Assembly: GCF_900232105.1 (NCBI RefSeq)
Contig: NZ_LT934425.1
Span: 1,500,001 to 1,532,000, forward strand
Length of the DNA: 32,000 bases
DNA from: Candidatus Kuenenia stuttgartensis
GTDB lineage: Bacteria; Planctomycetota; Brocadiia; Brocadiales; Brocadiaceae
Direction of reading: 5' to 3'
The notes beneath the pieces were generated by a model. The model worked only from the letters and a program-made list of their open reading frames with translations. It was not told the DNA's origin and searched no databases. This document shows, one piece after another, positions 26,769 through 32,000 of the stretch (its first letter is position 1; every line of letters starts with the position of its first letter). Made by a program: the position numbers and the translations under genes.

Positions 26769-27053
26769 AAAGCTGCAAAAGTATCCTGCCTGGTAATTGT
26801 GGATGCCTATTTACCACTACAGCGACATTTTATCCTTGCCCTACCTGTTAATTTTGTCAGGGTTGTTTCATTCATAAATTCAGGAAAAAACTATTAGCAT
26901 GAATATAACATGATTACGCGACAATAATAAAACAAGAACTGTTTGCATTCTGCAACAAACGTATGTTATATTCCGTGAATTATCAGGATGTATACGACCG
27001 TACCGCAGCAGTGATTTATTTATATTTTTTAACAAAATATCTAATGGTGAACT

Positions 27054-27210
27054 CCGAAATGCTAAATACTAAACAAATTCCAAAATACAAAATCCCTATG
27101 AAAAAAACCGGGTTTTGAACATTTGAAAATTAAAAATTAGAATTTGTTTCGTATTTCGTGCTTCGGATTTTTTATCTCGTGCTTGTTTGGCACTGGCTAT
27201 GCCAGCTTAA
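27054..27210 (-). repeat. Mosaic repeat (M1+M2) with a long imperfect hairpin
   Basis: The arms CCGAAATGCTAAATACTAAACAAATTC (27054-27080) and GAATTTGTTTCGTATTTCGTGCTTCGG (27140-27166) are complementary at 22 of 27 positions. The M1 end CTTGTTTGGCACTGGCTATGCCAGCTTAAG is the reverse complement of the 14341 copy start. Confidence 0.7.
27188..27203 (+). promoter_or_regulatory. Sigma-54-like -24/-12 element inside the M1 repeat module
   Basis: TGGCAC-TGGCT-ATGC has GG and GC at the canonical 12-nt register. It lies 23 nt upstream of the small ORF start. The -12 region is ATGC rather than TTGC, and the site is quasi-palindromic. Confidence 0.3.
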
Positions 27211-27225
27211 GAGGGAGAAATAAAG

Positions 27226-27393
27226 GTGGATATTTTAAAACAAGTCGCTGAATTAAAAGAATTTTTAGGAAAGGTCTATTGCTTTATCGAAGAAAATGAA
27301 GATTCATTCAAAGATGGCGTAGAGGCGGAAGAAATGAAAAATGGGCTTTGGAACTGGATGCAGGCATTGGCACAATTCTTACCCGAACATTAA
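27226..27393 (+). CDS. Small hypothetical ORF (55 aa, GTG start)
   Basis: My translation is VDILKQVAELKEFLGKVYCFIEENEDSFKDGVEAEEMKNGLWNWMQALAQFLPEH*. GAGGGAG lies 8 nt upstream. It falls below the 60-aa cut-off of the ORF track, and I recognise no family. Confidence 0.35.
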   Translation: MDILKQVAELKEFLGKVYCFIEENEDSFKDGVEAEEMKNGLWNWMQALAQFLPEH

Positions 27394-27458
27394 TTTTTTG
27401 CCAGTACCGCATTTTAAGACTATTCGGTAAGTAAAAGCAGCCCATGGTTTTTAAATAC

Positions 27459-27487
27459 TTGACAAAACATATTTACCTGCTTAGAAT
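27459..27487 (+). promoter_or_regulatory. Candidate sigma-70 promoter for gap
   Basis: TTGACA (27459-27464) is followed by a 17-nt spacer and TAGAAT (27482-27487). A 7-bp hairpin CTTTTCC-TGTG-GGAAAAG at 27495-27512 lies in the predicted leader. Confidence 0.5.
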
Positions 27488-27582
27488 ACCGTGTCTTTTC
27501 CTGTGGGAAAAGTGCCCCCCTTTTTATAAACTATAAATGGTAAGTGAAATACGTATTTTTAATATTTTAGGACAAAAAATAA

Positions 27583-28593
<1,011 letters not shown>

Positions 28594-28767
28594 AAAAAAC
28601 ATCCGTTTTCTTGTGTAATGAAAAATGCCCATTCCCTGCAAAGTAACGAATATTTATTTAAACGAGTAATATTTAGCGCTTTCTCCAATAAGTTTCCTGC
28701 AAGCCAAAACGGTTTTTCTCCTGCGTTATTTCTAATAAACCTCATTTTAAAGCATAATAATATTTAA

Positions 28768-29961
28768 ATGAAAAAACTATTTATAAAAGACCTGGCGGTT
28801 AGAAAAAAGAAGGTTATGGTACGTACGGATTACAATGTACCATTAGACGAAGATGGGAATATAACCGATGATACCAGGATTCGCGCAACATTGCCAACCA
28901 TCAACTATTTGCTGGATGAGGAAGCAAAGGTAATTATTGCGTCTCATCTGGGAAGGCCCGTCGGCGCAAATCCGAAATACAGTTTAAAACCTGTAGCAAG
29001 GCGTCTGCAACGTTTTCTGACGGAAAAAGTCAAGATCACGCTTGCGGAGGACTGTATTGGCGAAGAGGTAAAAAAACAGGTAGAGGCAATGAATTACGGA
29101 GACGTGCTACTGTTGGAAAACTTAAGGTTTCATCCCGGCGAGCAAAAAAACGATGCCGGGTTTGCGAAAGAGCTTGCGGGTTTATGTGATTTATTCGTAC
29201 AGGATGCATTCGGAAACTGCCACAGAAATCATGCTTCGATGGTCGGGATAGTCCGGTATGTGCCTGCGGCAGCCGGGTTTTTGATCAAGAAAGAGTTGGA
29301 CTATTTTGAAAAATCCGTCAACGATCCTATACGTCCTGTTATTGCCATTTTGGGAGGCTCTAAGGTCTCTGACAAAATAAAGATCCTTGAAAATCTTGCC
29401 AAAAAGATGGATAAAATCATCATCGGCGGGGCAATGGCATTTACCTTTCTTAAAGCACAGGGAATACCGGTTGGGAAATCGCTGGTTGAAGACAGTATGA
29501 TTGAGACGGCAAATAATCTAATGGATTATACAAAGAAAAATGGCACAAAATTATATTTACCGGTGGATTTCGTTGTGGCGGAAAAATTTGACAAAACGGC
29601 GGAAACAAAGGTAGTGCCATTTCAGGAAATACCAGAAAGATGGATTGCCCTTGACATAGGCCCTGCAACGATAAAACTTTTTTCCGCGGTATTGCAGGAC
29701 GCAAAAACAATTTTATGGAACGGCCCTATGGGGGCGTTTGAAATTGATGCATTCAGCAGAGGAACATACGCCATGGTAGATATCGTAACAAGTTCTCACG
29801 CATCCACCGTAGTGGGCGGCGGTGATACCGACATGGCGTTTCACAAAGCAGGGAAAGCGCACGAGGTATCATTTATTTCAACCGGCGGAGGGGCTTTTTT
29901 GAAATTATTGGAAGGCGGAGATCTCCCCGGGATAGCATCGCTTACGGACAAAAAAATATAA
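28768..29961 (+). CDS. pgk: Phosphoglycerate kinase
   Basis: It has VRTDYNVP, ASHLGRP, LLENLRFHPGE and GGGDT...STGGGAFL. Confidence 0.95.
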   Translation: MKKLFIKDLAVRKKKVMVRTDYNVPLDEDGNITDDTRIRATLPTINYLLDEEAKVIIASHLGRPVGANPKYSLKPVARRLQRFLTEKVKITLAEDCIGEEVKKQVEAMNYGDVLLLENLRFHPGEQKNDAGFAKELAGLCDLFVQDAFGNCHRNHASMVGIVRYVPAAAGFLIKKELDYFEKSVNDPIRPVIAILGGSKVSDKIKILENLAKKMDKIIIGGAMAFTFLKAQGIPVGKSLVEDSMIETANNLMDYTKKNGTKLYLPVDFVVAEKFDKTAETKVVPFQEIPERWIALDIGPATIKLFSAVLQDAKTILWNGPMGAFEIDAFSRGTYAMVDIVTSSHASTVVGGGDTDMAFHKAGKAHEVSFISTGGGAFLKLLEGGDLPGIASLTDKKI

Positions 29962-30022
29962 TATACGGACATCTTCCGTAACTTCTCTATTGATCTATGC
30001 TAAAACAAAGGAAATACGAAGA

Positions 30023-30721
30023 ATGAGAAATAAGATTAAAATATCCGCTTCAATACTGGCGGCAAATCCCATGCGCTTTGAAGAAGAAATCAAACGCATT
30101 GAAGCGGCGGGAATCGATCTCATTCATATTGATGTTATGGACGGCCATTTTGTCCCCAATATTACCATAGGGCCTTTTATTGTTGCGGGGATAAGGCGGA
30201 TAACAAATATACCATTAGATATACATTTAATGATCGAACATCCGGAACGTTATGTGGAAGCATTTGCCGGGGCGGCGGAAGGCAATGGAATAATTACATT
30301 TCATATTGAGACGGTAAAAAACCCCAAAGAGATTATTTCTCTGATCAAAAGTACGGGGATGAAAGTTGGTATATCGTTAAATCCGGGTACGCCCGTAGAA
30401 ATGATAGAAAATTTTCTGGATCAGGTAGATATGGCGCTCGTCATGTCGGTAAATCCAGGTTTTGCTGGCCAGAAATTTATTCCAATTGCCTTGCCTAAGA
30501 TTGCAAGGCTCCGCGATAAAGCGCCGGATAAAATGGATATTCAGGTAGATGGAGGAATTACACCAGACAATATTTCCCAGGTAGTAAAACAAGGGGCAAA
30601 TGTAATCGTAGCCGCTTCTGCTATTTTTAAAACGAGTGACCCTGGCAATGCGATTAAATCCCTGAAACAAATTGCCGAACAAACCATGGAAAAAGATGCT
30701 GTTAATCTTGTTAACAGATAA
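30023..30721 (+). CDS. rpe: Ribulose-phosphate 3-epimerase
   Basis: It has SILAANPMRFEEEI, HIDVMDGHFVPNITIGP, MSVNPGFAGQKF and VDGGI. I prefer the ATG at 30023 (AAGGA upstream) over the TTG at 29990. Confidence 0.9.
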   Translation: MRNKIKISASILAANPMRFEEEIKRIEAAGIDLIHIDVMDGHFVPNITIGPFIVAGIRRITNIPLDIHLMIEHPERYVEAFAGAAEGNGIITFHIETVKNPKEIISLIKSTGMKVGISLNPGTPVEMIENFLDQVDMALVMSVNPGFAGQKFIPIALPKIARLRDKAPDKMDIQVDGGITPDNISQVVKQGANVIVAASAIFKTSDPGNAIKSLKQIAEQTMEKDAVNLVNR

Positions 30722-30827
30722 ATTCCTTTTTATTGTCCAAAGAAGTTGTTTCCTGGAAATATATAAAAATAGCTTGTTTTTTGGTTAAAAAGTTTTAAAC
30801 TATCTCTTGTTTTGTTGACGGTTTTTG

Positions 30828-30952
30828 TAACTATTCAGCGTAAACGATACACGGCTCATTCCCAAACCTTGTACTGAACATAGTGAAGTATCTGTTTGGA
30901 AACGAGTTGCGCTCTGATCTCCGGTAGTTTAATAAATTACGCTGAATAGTTA
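30828..30952. repeat. 16-bp perfect inverted repeat enclosing 93 nt (MITE-like or structured RNA)
   Basis: TAACTATTCAGCGTAA (30828-30843) pairs with TTACGCTGAATAGTTA (30937-30952). A nested pair TTCCCAAAC (30859-30867) / GTTTGGAAA (30894-30902) has one mismatch. Confidence 0.7.
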
Positions 30953-31089
30953 TTAGTTTTTCTGTATTTCACAATAGTATATATGGGATATTTTGCACGG
31001 GAAAACGTTGCATAAGTGGTCAAAAACAATGTTTGCCAATGATGGAGCGAATATCCCTTTTGTTAATTTAATGGGGGCATGGCAATTCA

Positions 31090-31908
31090 ATGGTGTTCTT
31101 TAGAAAAAAGAAAGATATGCCAAACGGCTTATGGATAAGCTGCGACTGGTGCAAAAATTTGGTATATAGGAAAACCGTTGAAGAAAGCTTCCAGGTTTGT
31201 CCCGAGTGTGATTACCATTTTCGCATTTTTAGCAGGGACAGATTAAAATTGCTGCTTGATGAAGACAGTTTCGAAGAGTATTGGACTGATATGAAGCCCA
31301 CCAATCCTTTGAATTTTTTTGACCGCATGTCATACCCAGAAAGGGTTACTGCCGACCAGCTTAAATCCGGACTGAAAGAGGCCGCTATAGTTGGAAAAGG
31401 AAAGGTGAATGGCGCTGACATCATGATAGGGATTACCGATCCCAGCTTCATAATGGGAAGTATGGGTTCTGTGGTTGGGGAGAAGATTGTCCGCATAACA
31501 GAAAAGGCTATGGATCAAAAATTCCCTTTGGTGATTATTTCTGGTTCAGGCGGAGGAGCTCGCATGCAGGAGGGTATTTTTTCTCTTATGCAAATGGCAA
31601 AAACGAGCGCCGCCATAGCAAGGTTTCAACGGGCGGGCGGGCTATACATATCGGTATTAACCGATCCTTCACTGGGTGGAGTAATGGCAAGTTTTGCTTC
31701 ATTGGCAGATATTACTATTGCCGAACCAAAGGCGCTGATTGGTTTTGCAGGTCCCAGAGTAATTCAGGAAACAATAAAACGAACACTTCCTGGTAATTTT
31801 CAGCGGGCGGAATTTTTGCTTGAGCATGGTTTTCTTGATATGATTGTACATCGTAAAAACATGAAGCATGAAATTTCAAGGTTGATTCAATATTTGCATG
31901 TTAATTAA
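31090..31908 (+). CDS. accD: Acetyl-CoA carboxylase carboxyltransferase beta subunit
   Basis: It has the N-terminal zinc ribbon CDWCKNLVYRKTVEESFQVCPECDYHFR and the carboxyltransferase core GSMGSVVGEKI, SGSGGGARMQEG. Confidence 0.92.
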   Translation: MVFFRKKKDMPNGLWISCDWCKNLVYRKTVEESFQVCPECDYHFRIFSRDRLKLLLDEDSFEEYWTDMKPTNPLNFFDRMSYPERVTADQLKSGLKEAAIVGKGKVNGADIMIGITDPSFIMGSMGSVVGEKIVRITEKAMDQKFPLVIISGSGGGARMQEGIFSLMQMAKTSAAIARFQRAGGLYISVLTDPSLGGVMASFASLADITIAEPKALIGFAGPRVIQETIKRTLPGNFQRAEFLLEHGFLDMIVHRKNMKHEISRLIQYLHVN

Positions 31909-31917
31909 TAAAAATCT

Positions 31918-31992
31918 TCCTCGGTAGCTCAATGGTAGAGTGGGTGGCTGTTAACCACTAGGTTGTAGGTTCGAATCCTACCCGAGGAGCCA
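31918..31992 (+). tRNA. tRNA-Asn (anticodon GTT), CCA encoded
   Basis: I folded it by hand. The acceptor stem is TCCTCGG/CCGAGGA and the D stem is GCTC/GAGT. The anticodon stem is GGTGG/CCACT with loop CTGTTAA. The T arm is GTAGG-TTCGAAT-CCTAC. The discriminator is G and a terminal CCA is present. Confidence 0.9.
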
Positions 31993-32000
31993 ATCTTAAT

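Noticed and set aside
26772-26793. GGCAGG...TTTGCA on the minus strand just upstream of the hypothetical exported protein
   Set aside because: The GG to GC spacing is 14 rather than 12 nt, so it does not fit a sigma-54 promoter.
27368-27382. Second sigma-54-like string TGGCAC-AATTC-TTAC at the end of the small ORF
   Set aside because: The -12 position has AC instead of the essential GC. It was probably matched by chance.

Overview
This is a 32-kb bacterial chromosomal window that looks AT-rich by eye. All protein-family calls come from motif recognition in the supplied translations; no searches were run, and I cannot assign a taxon. Most of the window (about 3.2-32 kb) is ordinary housekeeping and envelope content. 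It carries hutU, ogg, a small ScdA_N-type protein, comM/yifB, a B12-binding radical SAM gene, a polyprenyl-phosphate sugar transferase, a PH-domain membrane protein, gmd and a long U32-family protein with an intact Fe-S cysteine motif. It also carries a small HNH protein, rfbA-rfbC, a CaCA antiporter, waaF, a sensor kinase with a sigma-54 (NtrC-type) response regulator, gap-pgk-rpe, accD and tRNA-Asn(GUU). The left ~3.2 kb is a decayed accessory islet. It holds a HepT/MntA pair at the window edge and a tightly linked minus-strand cassette of GHKL ATPase, STAS-like (DUF4325-type) protein and PIN-like protein. That cassette is fused behind the C-terminal remnant of a type I R-M hsdS gene. The remnant is split by a ~99-bp MITE-like insertion with a 7-8-bp target duplication, and a frameshifted DUF2283-like gene lies next to it. 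The GHKL/STAS/PIN trio is my best candidate for an uncharacterised system: a partner-switch-like module controlling a nuclease. Almost every long intergenic spacer also carries copies of a mosaic family of short dispersed repeats. These include a 25-nt motif with an extended -10-like TGTTACAAT core (4 copies), long imperfect hairpins, a 58-nt repeat pair in two divergent promoter regions, a perfect 28-bp palindrome, and a 16-bp perfect inverted repeat enclosing 93 nt upstream of accD.
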